DNA from: Ignavibacteria bacterium
GTDB lineage: Bacteria > Bacteroidota > Ignavibacteria > Tepidaquicellales > Tepidaquicellaceae
Assembly: GCA_016704345.1 (NCBI GenBank)
Contig: JADJAH010000037.1
Span: 116,417 to 140,416 of the forward strand
Length of the DNA: 24,000 nucleotides
Direction: 5' to 3'
Shown: piece by piece, positions 1 through 8,507 of the stretch
Layout of the letters: each line of letters opens with the position of its first letter
Numbering within the stretch: position 1 is the first letter of the stretch
Made by a program: the position numbers and the translations under genes
The notes under the pieces: generated by a model
What the model was told of the DNA's origin: nothing
What the model saw: the letters and a program-made list of their open reading frames with translations, nothing else
Database searches by the model: none

Positions 1-254
1 TTTATCTCTCTTTTGATCTCAGGAGATTCAACGATGACATATTTCCAGGGCTGCTTATTTGCACCCGAAGGCGCTGTACTTGCAGTCATTACGGCAAGTT
101 CAAGCAGCCTTCTGTCAAACTTTTCGTCCGAAAAGAATCTCACACTTCTTCTGGAACTCATGAGTTTGTAAAACTGCTGCGCTCTTAATCTACTTTCCTC
201 GTCAGAATATCTCTGATGTACAAGGTTGATAAATCCTTCAGGTGTGTTCTTCAA
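1..254 (-). CDS. Nitroreductase family protein, iodotyrosine deiodinase-like (partial, continues beyond window start; 5' end uncertain)
   Basis: Not in the ORF track. Reverse-strand translation from a TTG codon at about 252-254 reads LKNTPEGFINLVHQRYSDEESRLRAQQFYKLMSSRRSVRFFSDEKFDRRLLELAVMTASTAPSGANKQPWKYVIVESPEIKREI. 'RRSVRFFS' and 'TASTAPSGANKQPW' are typical of FMN-binding nitroreductase/IYD-like proteins. An alternative internal ATG is at 159-161. Confidence 0.82.
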   Translation of the reverse strand, partial: MKNTPEGFINLVHQRYSDEESRLRAQQFYKLMSSRRSVRFFSDEKFDRRLLELAVMTASTAPSGANKQPWKYVIVESPEIKREI

Positions 255-280
255 AATATTAAATATTCTTCCGATAAAGT

Positions 281-1687
281 TTAGAAAATGTCTTTTGCAA
301 TATCTCCAACCATCTTGCCGGCATCTACCTTTTCGGTAAACTCTGAATCCGTTAACAAGCCCAGTTCAATTGCTGCTTCGCGGAGTGTTTTGTTTTCCTT
401 ATGAGCTTTCTTGGCGATCTTAGCGGCGTTTTCATAACCTATGTGCGGATTCAATGCTGTCACAAGCATCAGCGACCGCTCAACATTTTCATTAATTTTC
501 GATATATTGGGTTCAATGCCGGATGCACAATGCTCATCAAACGATACACATGCATCTCCAAGCAATCTTGCAGAGAGAAGCGCATTGGAGATCATCATAG
601 GCTTGAATACGTTGAGTTCAAAATGACCGTTCATTCCGCCAATTGAAATGGCAACATCGTTGCCTATCACTTGAGCACAGACCATTGTCATGGCTTCAGT
701 CTGTGTGGGATTTACCTTGCCCGGCATGATTGAAGAGCCCGGTTCATTTTCAGGAATCAGTATTTCCCCTATTCCGCTGCGAGGACCTGATGACAACATT
801 CTTATGTCATTTGCAATCTTCATCAGACTAACAGCAAGTACCTTCAGAGATGAAGAGAGTTCAACTATAGCATCATTTGAAGCAAGAGCTTCAAATTTAT
901 TCGGAGCAGTTTTAAATGGAAGTCCGGTCAGCTCCGATATTATTGCGGCAACTATAACATCATAATTCTCAGGAACATTTATTCCTGTCCCTACTGCTGA
1001 TCCTCCCAAAGCCAACTCTGACAGATGCTCAAGTGAATTCTCGATTGCTTTAATTCCATGCCTCAGTTGATAAACATATCCAGAGAATTCCTGACCCAGA
1101 GTAAGAGGTGTTGCATCCATGAAGTGAGTTCTGCCAATTTTAATTATATTCTTAAAGGCCTTTGACTTCATCTCAAATGTTTTCAATAGCTGTCTTGCTC
1201 CGGGTAAAGTGACCTCAGAAACCATTTTGTAGGCTGCAATATTCATTGCTGTTGGGAATGTATCATTTGATGACTGAGACTTATTCACGTCATCATTCGG
1301 ATGCAAAGACTTTTGCTTGTCGTCCAGATTTCCTCCGCTAATCAGATGTGCCCTGTTTGCTATAACTTCATTTACGTTCATATTGCTTTGAGTGCCGGAA
1401 CCTGTTTGCCAGATTACGAGAGGAAATTCATCATCGTGTTTTCCTTCAAGAATTTCATCACAAACTTTTCCTATTTGTTCGGCTTTTTCAGCAGAAAGAA
1501 CACCGCACTTCATGTTTGCCAAAGCAGCAGCCTTCTTTAGTATTGAGAATGCATATATCACTTCCAACGGCATTCTCGAATTGCCGATCCTGAAATTTTC
1601 TTTCGATCTTTGTGTTTGTGCGCCCCAGAGTTTATCGGCAGGAACTTTGACTTCCCCCATTGTATCATGTTCGATCCTTTGTGACAT
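281..1687 (-). CDS. fumC: Class II fumarate hydratase
   Basis: 468-aa ORF with the class II fumarase/aspartase signature [16 protein letters not shown], plus [26 protein letters not shown] and [17 protein letters not shown]. Confidence 0.97.
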   Translation of the reverse strand: MSQRIEHDTMGEVKVPADKLWGAQTQRSKENFRIGNSRMPLEVIYAFSILKKAAALANMKCGVLSAEKAEQIGKVCDEILEGKHDDEFPLVIWQTGSGTQSNMNVNEVIANRAHLISGGNLDDKQKSLHPNDDVNKSQSSNDTFPTAMNIAAYKMVSEVTLPGARQLLKTFEMKSKAFKNIIKIGRTHFMDATPLTLGQEFSGYVYQLRHGIKAIENSLEHLSELALGGSAVGTGINVPENYDVIVAAIISELTGLPFKTAPNKFEALASNDAIVELSSSLKVLAVSLMKIANDIRMLSSGPRSGIGEILIPENEPGSSIMPGKVNPTQTEAMTMVCAQVIGNDVAISIGGMNGHFELNVFKPMMISNALLSARLLGDACVSFDEHCASGIEPNISKINENVERSLMLVTALNPHIGYENAAKIAKKAHKENKTLREAAIELGLLTDSEFTEKVDAGKMVGDIAKDIF

Positions 1688-1710
1688 AATATTGATTAGT
1701 TTCAGTTAAC

Positions 1711-1748
1711 AAAAAACTCCGCAAAGTTTATGACTTCTTTGCGGAGTT
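1711..1748 (-). terminator. Intrinsic (rho-independent) terminator for the minus-strand secreted-protein genes
   Basis: Perfect 12-bp inverted repeat AACTCCGCAAAG (1715-1726) / CTTTGCGGAGTT (1737-1748) with a 10-nt loop. On the minus strand it is followed by a T-tract (complement of 1711-1716), just downstream of the stop at 1772. Confidence 0.93.
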
Positions 1749-1771
1749 GGATTAAATTTCAGTTTTCTGAT

Positions 1772-2854
1772 CTACTTGACCAGGAGCATTTTCTTTGTAT
1801 CAAGGCTGTTATTTGTTTTCAACGAATAAAAATACATACCGCTTGAAAGATCCGATGCATTAAAATCAACCGTGTAATAATTGGCTGTTCTGAATTCATT
1901 GTTTAAAATCCTTGCCACCATTTTTCCGCTCATGTCATAGACCTCAAGAGTTACCTTTGAATCATTTGGAAGTGAGAAAGAGATCTTGGTCGATGGATTG
2001 AATGGGTTTGGATAATTTTGTTTGAGTTCAAATACCTGCGGAGCACCAATCACTATTTCACTCTGAAGATTGAAGTATTCAAAATTTCCGTTGAAATCAA
2101 TCTGCTTGAGTCTGTACTGGTATTTACCAATATTCAGGTTATTGTCTTTGTAAGAATACTCAACTGTCTGATTTGAATTTCCATGACCTTCTACAAAATT
2201 TACTTTCTGCCAATCACTTGATGATAATACTTTTCTTTCAATATCAAATCCGTTGTTATTTCTTTCGCCTGTGGTAGTCCAATTCAGCGTCACATTGTTA
2301 TTTGAGACAGCTGAAGTGAATGAGCTAAGCTCAACAGGCAGCGTACCGTTGTAATTTCCATTATAGGTGCCTGATATAGTTGGCGTGAATGTTGGAGTTA
2401 CAATTTCCGATGAGCTGGCTTCCCAGATTACTTGTGCCTGAACATTCTGAAGAATGTCCAGAGTTATTGTAGCCACACGTTCGCCAAAACCATTTGCTCC
2501 CCCATCTGCCAGGACTTCAACTCCGGGCCCGGAAACATAATTGATCTGCAAGGCGACCTGTTGACCGAAAAATAGTACGGTTTCCATCGGCCCATAATTT
2601 CCGGTGCTGTATCTTGGGCTTTGATTTGAGATGACGGGATTATTCATAACCGCATCCGTGAATTGCAGTACAAATGTTGACAGTCCCATATTATAAGGAT
2701 CAGCACTTGTTCTAAGGACATAAATGTCGAAAGTAAATTTCGTCCCGGCATTTGTTATGTCAAAATTTGTGGCAGTTACTGTCGCTGTTTGTGATCTGAG
2801 ACTCGCGCCGCCGAACAACAAACATGCAAATAGAAATAGAAGAAATTTCTTCAT
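1772..2854 (-). CDS. Secreted protein with T9SS type A (Por) C-terminal sorting domain, paralog 1
   Basis: 360 aa; signal peptide (MKKFLLFLFACLLFGGASLRSQ); C-terminal FELKQNYPNPFNPSTKISFSLP...VYDMSGK...YTVDFNASDLSSGMYFYSLKTN...KKMLLVK typical of T9SS CTDs. Confidence 0.9.
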   Translation of the reverse strand: MKKFLLFLFACLLFGGASLRSQTATVTATNFDITNAGTKFTFDIYVLRTSADPYNMGLSTFVLQFTDAVMNNPVISNQSPRYSTGNYGPMETVLFFGQQVALQINYVSGPGVEVLADGGANGFGERVATITLDILQNVQAQVIWEASSSEIVTPTFTPTISGTYNGNYNGTLPVELSSFTSAVSNNNVTLNWTTTGERNNNGFDIERKVLSSSDWQKVNFVEGHGNSNQTVEYSYKDNNLNIGKYQYRLKQIDFNGNFEYFNLQSEIVIGAPQVFELKQNYPNPFNPSTKISFSLPNDSKVTLEVYDMSGKMVARILNNEFRTANYYTVDFNASDLSSGMYFYSLKTNNSLDTKKMLLVK

Positions 2855-2906
2855 TTCACCTCCGAAGGTAGTTGATTAGAAATCATTGAATTAAAATTGT
2901 TTATGA

Positions 2907-4004
2907 TCATTTTACTAAGGTCATTTTCTTTGTTTGAACTTCTTTATCGGTTCTCAATTCATAGAAATATACTCCGCTGGAAAGTGATGAGCCATTCATC
3001 GAGACTGAATAATAGTTAGCCTGCTTAAGTTCATTATCAATAAGCATTGAGATTCTTCTTCCCGAAATGTCATAAACTGACAAAGAGACTCTTGAATCAT
3101 ATGGTAAATCAAAACTGATGACAGTTGACGGATTGAACGGGTTAGGAAAGTTTTGATTCAGTGCAAAATCTTTCGGAATACCAATCTCAATTTCTGTACT
3201 AAGATTATGACACTCGTAGTTACCGTTGAAATCCAATTGTTTGAGTCTGTAAGAATATGAACCGGTTGGAAGTTGATTATCATTGTAAGTGTAATTCTTC
3301 AGATCAGACGAGTTACCACTTCCCTGAACATATCCCGCCTTGATCCAATCACCTGCTGTAGACTTTCTTTGAACTTCAAATCCTGCATTATTTTCTTCTG
3401 AACTTGTCGACCATGAAAGCTTTACAGAATTACCGTTTGAGACTGCAGAAAAGCTGCTTAGCTCAACAGGTAAAGTACTGTTGAAGAATCCGTTGTTTGT
3501 ACTTATTGCTGACTCATTCTGCGGATTAACAACAGCAGTATTTAAGTTATCCCATCTAAGGTCAGGAAGATTAAGAGCAATGATGTCAAGTTTCACAGAA
3601 GCTATCTTTTCACCAAGCCCCTGAACACCCGGATCATTTGAAACAACATCACCCGGTCCGCCGGAATTATAATACAGCTGAATTGCTACCTTGCCGCTGG
3701 AATATCCAAACGGTTGCATTTCATTGTATGAGGATGTCACACTTCCGACTGTATATTTAGGGTTGACATAAGTCAACACCGGATTTGCAAATGTTCCGGT
3801 TACAAATCTCAAAAAATAAGAAGAATTACCCATTCTGAAATCCGGAGCGCTGGTTCTCAGGGTGAAGATATCGAAATTGAACTTTGTTCCGTTTTCTGTG
3901 ATATCAAAATTCGCAATTGTGTTAGTTACATTATTTTGCGATCTCAGTGAACCTGAAAACAGAAATAGCAGAATTACGGAAATTGAAAGAATGCTTTTGC
4001 TCAT
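2907..4004 (-). CDS. Secreted protein with T9SS type A (Por) C-terminal sorting domain, paralog 2
   Basis: 365 aa; signal peptide; LNQNFPNPFNPSTVISFDLP...SSGVYFYELRTDKEVQTKKMTLVK. Collinear along its whole length with the 1772..2854 product. Confidence 0.9.
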   Translation of the reverse strand: MSKSILSISVILLFLFSGSLRSQNNVTNTIANFDITENGTKFNFDIFTLRTSAPDFRMGNSSYFLRFVTGTFANPVLTYVNPKYTVGSVTSSYNEMQPFGYSSGKVAIQLYYNSGGPGDVVSNDPGVQGLGEKIASVKLDIIALNLPDLRWDNLNTAVVNPQNESAISTNNGFFNSTLPVELSSFSAVSNGNSVKLSWSTSSEENNAGFEVQRKSTAGDWIKAGYVQGSGNSSDLKNYTYNDNQLPTGSYSYRLKQLDFNGNYECHNLSTEIEIGIPKDFALNQNFPNPFNPSTVISFDLPYDSRVSLSVYDISGRRISMLIDNELKQANYYSVSMNGSSLSSGVYFYELRTDKEVQTKKMTLVK

Positions 4005-4023
4005 TACACTTAATTGTTAATAC

Positions 4024-7000
4024 TTATTGAAAATTTGGTACGTTTGATGCTTTGGCAAGATTCGGAGTTATGAATCCAAAATCTGCTGATGTTACTGTTC
4101 CATTAAGGTTTAAGTCACCGTAATTATAGTTTGCCTGCAAGAGATTGTTTTGAACAACTGTATAGTCTGCTGCAGAAACGATGAATGACTTATTAGCATC
4201 ACCACTGAACATACCAAAGAATCCGCCTGACAAAGCAGCAGCTTCATCTCCAAAATACTGATTCAATCCGCTTCTAAAATCGTAAAGAGCAGAAAGTCCG
4301 TTAAGGAAAACTACATTCTTAGACATTACCGGCAAATGATTTCTATGTCCCACTACTACGTAATAATTTCCTGTTGGGACGCCTTGTATTTTTACAGGAC
4401 TTGTTCCATTAAGATCAACAATTGAACCGTCATTCTTGAGGAACGCAGCTCTTTTGCCATTTGGTACCGCTCCACCGTCCGAAGTAGCCCTCACTTCAAG
4501 ATAAATCCAATCTACAACACCGTCCGGAATGCTTGTAACACTTTCAGTACCGTTGTAATTGAACTGTGAATTACCATATGGTTGTGACAATGGAAGCAGG
4601 TTAAAGTTTTTCAAACTGATTCTCATATTACCTGCACCTATATAAGCACCTTGTAGAAGCACCTTAGTATTGATCACTGTATTCTGACTTCCAATACAAT
4701 TTTCATCTCCACCGGTAAATTCACCAAATGCATTAATGCTTGTTGTAACAAATGAATTTGTTGCCGCATTCACCGGTCCAAATGTAAGCCAGCCATTGCC
4801 ATCCCATCTTCCTCCAATAATATTTGCTTCATTACCGACAACATCTCCATCCTGATAACCAAATCTGACGGATGAAGTAAAGTTTGATATGCCTGTTTGA
4901 CTAACTGTCCAGTATCTGTTCAGATAATCAACAGAACAAGTATTATTTGGATGAACTATGTTTACTGTTTTTACATTTGCATATGCGGGAAGCGAAAGAT
5001 TCCATGACCCAAAGAATACCAGAGCAGGAGCATATCCACCGTTACCTACCGCAAAATTAAAGGATGTTATGGAATTCGGAAGAAGTGCTTTTTTCATTTC
5101 CCCTGTTCCATCAGTTCTCACATAACTTGCAATTGCCGAAGGGCTGAAGTAAGATGAATTTGGTCCCATGTAAAGATTATTAGAACCAAGACTAAGAAGT
5201 CCGTTTTGACCAAACAATAATCTGTGCAATCTTAATGAATCGGCGAGAGCAATGCCGTTCGCTCGGCTGACCTGCAGAGTTCTTAATCCACCCTGAACGG
5301 TTGTAAGATTTGTTGATGCTGAAGAACCTCCGAAGAACATATCTGAATTGAGTCCTCCAACAATTTCACCACCCGGCACAATTGCACCGAGAATACTTAG
5401 AGTATGGTCTTCGCCAATTACAATTCTGTTTGGAGTAAAATTATTTTGAACTGCAAAGTCACTTCCCATTTGAAGCGTGGCGCCTGATATTGTAAGATCT
5501 TCAAAAGTTGTTTGGCTTCCGCTATGAAGAAAACCGGCGCCAGGACTGACAAGTCTAAGATCTCTGTCTATGATTGTATTTCCGGGAATGACACCTGATG
5601 GTACATTCCAGATGGTTCCTCCACTGTTTGTTCCACTGATAGCTGAAGCTAAGTTTGGAAAGCTGACATTTCCCTGGTTGATAATGGAATGTGGAAGCGG
5701 GTTTCCTGTAGATATTGTGTTTAGAGAAGTTCTGACCAGATCAGTTGATGTTGAAAAATTGAACGCAAATCCAATTTGCGGAATAAATCCATCCAATGTT
5801 GCGTTGTTACTCATTGAAATCGTATTAGGAGATTTTCCAGTTACGGTTGTATTCGGTGGAATACCAGATCCCTGGATACCCATTCCGATAAATATACCAT
5901 CTGTTGAAGGCATGAATGAAATTATATTATTTCCGGTAGTAAGCAATCCTCCGGAAACAACTGTAGTATCAGGCACAACGCCGTTTTGCCATTTGTTGTT
6001 ATTTGCATTTATCGCACCGCCCTGATCAGTATAGTTTACGAGACCATAGACTGAGTATGTGCTAAGATCGCATTTATCAACAGTCATATTCTTCACCTGT
6101 CTGTTGAATGCAATATTCGTATCGCAATTTGTGAATGTCAATCCTCTCAAGACTACTGTATCTAATGCGGCGGGTGGATCAAACAAATCATTTCTTGCCT
6201 GTATCCAAATACCGCTTCCGGGAGATTGCCTGACGACCCTCGAATTGACAATTGAAATGTCACTGTAATCTAATCTGCTAAGCAAGTTAATGTCGATGCC
6301 TATCCAGTTATTATTAGCAGGCATAACGACGGATATATTCTCAAACGTAGAATTTGTCAGCTTTTCAAAGTAAATAGTATGACCTTGCTGCTGATTAGTT
6401 GCATTATTATCTGCAAACGAACAATGAGAGAAGTTCACATTACTTATCTGTGTTGGATTACTTCTTCTTTGAAATGCTGCAACACCCCATAATCCATTCT
6501 GTCTTACAGTAGAATTCTTCATAACCCAGCCGTCTATGCTAACAAAAGTTGGAACAAATATTCCTGCAATGCCGCTGCCGTCAAAGTTGCAAGATTCCAA
6601 GACTATGTCATTGAGCAAATCGCCATTCAATCTGAGACCGTTAACGGAACTGCTTTTTGCAAATACATTTTCCATAGTTACATACCCGGTTCTTATATCA
6701 ATGGCATCCCCTGCCGTAACATCAGCCCTGAGATTCTTAAGCACCATTCTCTCAGATTGACTGCCGCCAGCTGCACGAAGAGTCACAGTGGAATTAAATA
6801 CCGTATTGACAGTCGGTGTCGAGCCTTTCCAGGCGCCTACAACGTTGAGTCTCTTTGTTAATGTGAATCCTGCATAAGTTCCTGTGGCAACAACAATATT
6901 GTCACCGTCAGTCACAGCCGGATTGTCAATAGCAAATTGAACCGTGAGCCACGGAGTTGCTATATTCCTGGCTTGTGCCGGCGAGTTAGAATTGCTTCCT

Positions 7001-7098
7001 GTCGTTGCGTTTACGTAATAAGTAGCCGCATTTACGGAAGCAGTGAAAATTAAAAAGGCTATTATAGCCGAAAAGGAAAAGTGTAGAAGATTTTTCAT
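4024..7098 (-). CDS. Large secreted right-handed beta-helix-like (pectate-lyase-fold) protein with dockerin-like C-terminus
   Basis: 1024 aa; signal peptide; N-terminal YYVNATTGSNSNSPAQARNIATPWLTVQFAID..DGDNIVVATGTY typical of parallel beta-helix surface proteins; C-terminal GDANKSFIVSAADYTVVQNN..NYGDLNLNGTVTSADFGFITPNLAKASNVP resembles dockerin-type calcium-binding repeats; no T9SS sorting domain seen. Confidence 0.78.
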   Translation of the reverse strand: MKNLLHFSFSAIIAFLIFTASVNAATYYVNATTGSNSNSPAQARNIATPWLTVQFAIDNPAVTDGDNIVVATGTYAGFTLTKRLNVVGAWKGSTPTVNTVFNSTVTLRAAGGSQSERMVLKNLRADVTAGDAIDIRTGYVTMENVFAKSSSVNGLRLNGDLLNDIVLESCNFDGSGIAGIFVPTFVSIDGWVMKNSTVRQNGLWGVAAFQRRSNPTQISNVNFSHCSFADNNATNQQQGHTIYFEKLTNSTFENISVVMPANNNWIGIDINLLSRLDYSDISIVNSRVVRQSPGSGIWIQARNDLFDPPAALDTVVLRGLTFTNCDTNIAFNRQVKNMTVDKCDLSTYSVYGLVNYTDQGGAINANNNKWQNGVVPDTTVVSGGLLTTGNNIISFMPSTDGIFIGMGIQGSGIPPNTTVTGKSPNTISMSNNATLDGFIPQIGFAFNFSTSTDLVRTSLNTISTGNPLPHSIINQGNVSFPNLASAISGTNSGGTIWNVPSGVIPGNTIIDRDLRLVSPGAGFLHSGSQTTFEDLTISGATLQMGSDFAVQNNFTPNRIVIGEDHTLSILGAIVPGGEIVGGLNSDMFFGGSSASTNLTTVQGGLRTLQVSRANGIALADSLRLHRLLFGQNGLLSLGSNNLYMGPNSSYFSPSAIASYVRTDGTGEMKKALLPNSITSFNFAVGNGGYAPALVFFGSWNLSLPAYANVKTVNIVHPNNTCSVDYLNRYWTVSQTGISNFTSSVRFGYQDGDVVGNEANIIGGRWDGNGWLTFGPVNAATNSFVTTSINAFGEFTGGDENCIGSQNTVINTKVLLQGAYIGAGNMRISLKNFNLLPLSQPYGNSQFNYNGTESVTSIPDGVVDWIYLEVRATSDGGAVPNGKRAAFLKNDGSIVDLNGTSPVKIQGVPTGNYYVVVGHRNHLPVMSKNVVFLNGLSALYDFRSGLNQYFGDEAAALSGGFFGMFSGDANKSFIVSAADYTVVQNNLLQANYNYGDLNLNGTVTSADFGFITPNLAKASNVPNFQ

Positions 7099-7498
7099 AT
7101 TTTTCTATCAACTTAAGTTTTTGTTCCAGTTTATAAGGGCATGACATTGAATCCTGTGAAACCATTTTTAGTACATTGAGAATCAATAGCTCGTGTTCTG
7201 TCTTTCATTCAATTTGAATTGCAAAATACCTTAAACAATTACAAAATTCAACGAAAAGTTAAACTATTTTCGAATGATATACACTTTAATGATTTAATTT
7301 AATTTAAACCCATTCCTAACAAAATCCTAACAAAACACCCAACAGCTGATTTATTTTATACTGGCAAATCAACACTCAAAAGTTGTAATAGCAAGAATCC
7401 CCAATCGTTATCATCCATTTCTTTTGAAGGGCATCCCAAATTGCAATTTCTTTAGATGCCTATATTGGCTAATTTACCAAAATCGAAAAATAATAGTC

Positions 7499-8473
7499 AT
7501 GAAACAGAACATTTTAACATCCGTGAAAGGCTTCCTTCATAATACAATTGATTATGCGGGGTTATTCCCGCCGGCTTCTCTAAATCTTGAAGATTCCTTT
7601 GACAACTTTGTTGAATATTCAAATGGCTCTTACAATTGGATGCTTTCTAAATTCATATGCCCATTCAGAAAGACCAAAGACCTTTCTTTGCTGCCCGGAT
7701 TCAAGTCTTCAACACAGAAAATACGATTGTCACTCCTCTCTGCTTCGTCTCTGAAGACAGATGAATTTCTGCTATTATTCAAAGATGACATTTTAAGTTA
7801 TAGAAAATTGCCTGATGAGTTTCATGACAAATCTATTTTTGAAACAATTGAATTAAAATTTCCGCTTGAACTTGTAGAAAGGAATTCGAAAGACAGTATC
7901 AGAATTTTTCTTGACAGCTTGTCTGAAATAGTTAAGGAACATTTTGATCACCGAATTTTCATATTTTGTGAATTACCACTGATTGGAGATTTCGATCATA
8001 ATCTGAAGAACACCGTTAAGGAAATTTGCGAGCACAATGAGGCTTTCAACGATGCCGGCTTTAAGCTTAGAACAGGAGGCACTGATCCTTCTGATATTCC
8101 TTCACCGGACATATTGGTTTCCTCGATCAGGCAATGTCTTGTTCACAATGTTACATTAAAATTCACAGCGGGTATGCATCATCCCATAAGACATCTGGAT
8201 AAAGGTATGAATGCAAAGATGCATGGATTTGTAAATGTCTTCGGAGCTGGCATACTGGCATTTCGTCATACAATTTCGGATCGCGAACTCAGGGAAATGA
8301 TCAGCGATGAAGATCCTGCCAATTTCAAATTCAGTTATGATGCTTTTGAATGGAGAGAATGGAAGAGCGATACAGAAGAAATTCACGGCGCGAGAAACGG
8401 TTTGGTTCTGTCTTTCGGAAGTTGTAGTTTTGATGAGCCTGTTGAAGATCTTAAAAAACTTCATCTTATTTAA
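7499..8473 (+). CDS. Conserved protein of unknown function encoded next to fumarylacetoacetase
   Basis: Track ORF is 7424..8473; the internal ATG at 7499 (MKQNILTSVKGFLHNTIDYAGLFPPASLNLEDSF...) is the more plausible start. Conserved-looking motifs: GLFPPA, GFKLRTGG, KFTAGMHHPIRH and MHGFVNVFGAG. No assigned biochemical function known to me. Confidence 0.8.
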   Translation: MKQNILTSVKGFLHNTIDYAGLFPPASLNLEDSFDNFVEYSNGSYNWMLSKFICPFRKTKDLSLLPGFKSSTQKIRLSLLSASSLKTDEFLLLFKDDILSYRKLPDEFHDKSIFETIELKFPLELVERNSKDSIRIFLDSLSEIVKEHFDHRIFIFCELPLIGDFDHNLKNTVKEICEHNEAFNDAGFKLRTGGTDPSDIPSPDILVSSIRQCLVHNVTLKFTAGMHHPIRHLDKGMNAKMHGFVNVFGAGILAFRHTISDRELREMISDEDPANFKFSYDAFEWREWKSDTEEIHGARNGLVLSFGSCSFDEPVEDLKKLHLI

Positions 8474-8507
8474 AAGTAATTTTCTAAGAACATTTTATAT
8501 TTTAATC

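Noticed and set aside
5570-6025. 151-aa plus-strand ORF inside the 1024-aa minus-strand gene
   Set aside because: Antisense shadow ORF with low-complexity V/I/P-rich translation and no recognisable domain; the opposite strand has clear secreted-protein features.
6986-7186. 66-aa minus-strand ORF overlapping the start of the 1024-aa gene
   Set aside because: Out-of-frame overlap with a clear signal peptide coding region; no supporting features.
7300-7345. CCTAACAAAA-CCTAACAAAA direct repeat in the divergent intergenic region as a CRISPR-like or iteron element
   Set aside because: Only two short AT-rich copies with no regular spacing; insufficient for an array or origin.
8156-8464. 102-aa minus-strand ORF opposite the unknown FahA-neighbour gene
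   Set aside because: Shadow ORF; the plus strand carries the conserved motifs and operon-like spacing.
8307-8507. N-terminal 67-residue extension of the fahA ORF in the track
   Set aside because: It overlaps the preceding gene out of frame; fumarylacetoacetase homology begins at ATG 8508, so this is not an extra domain.
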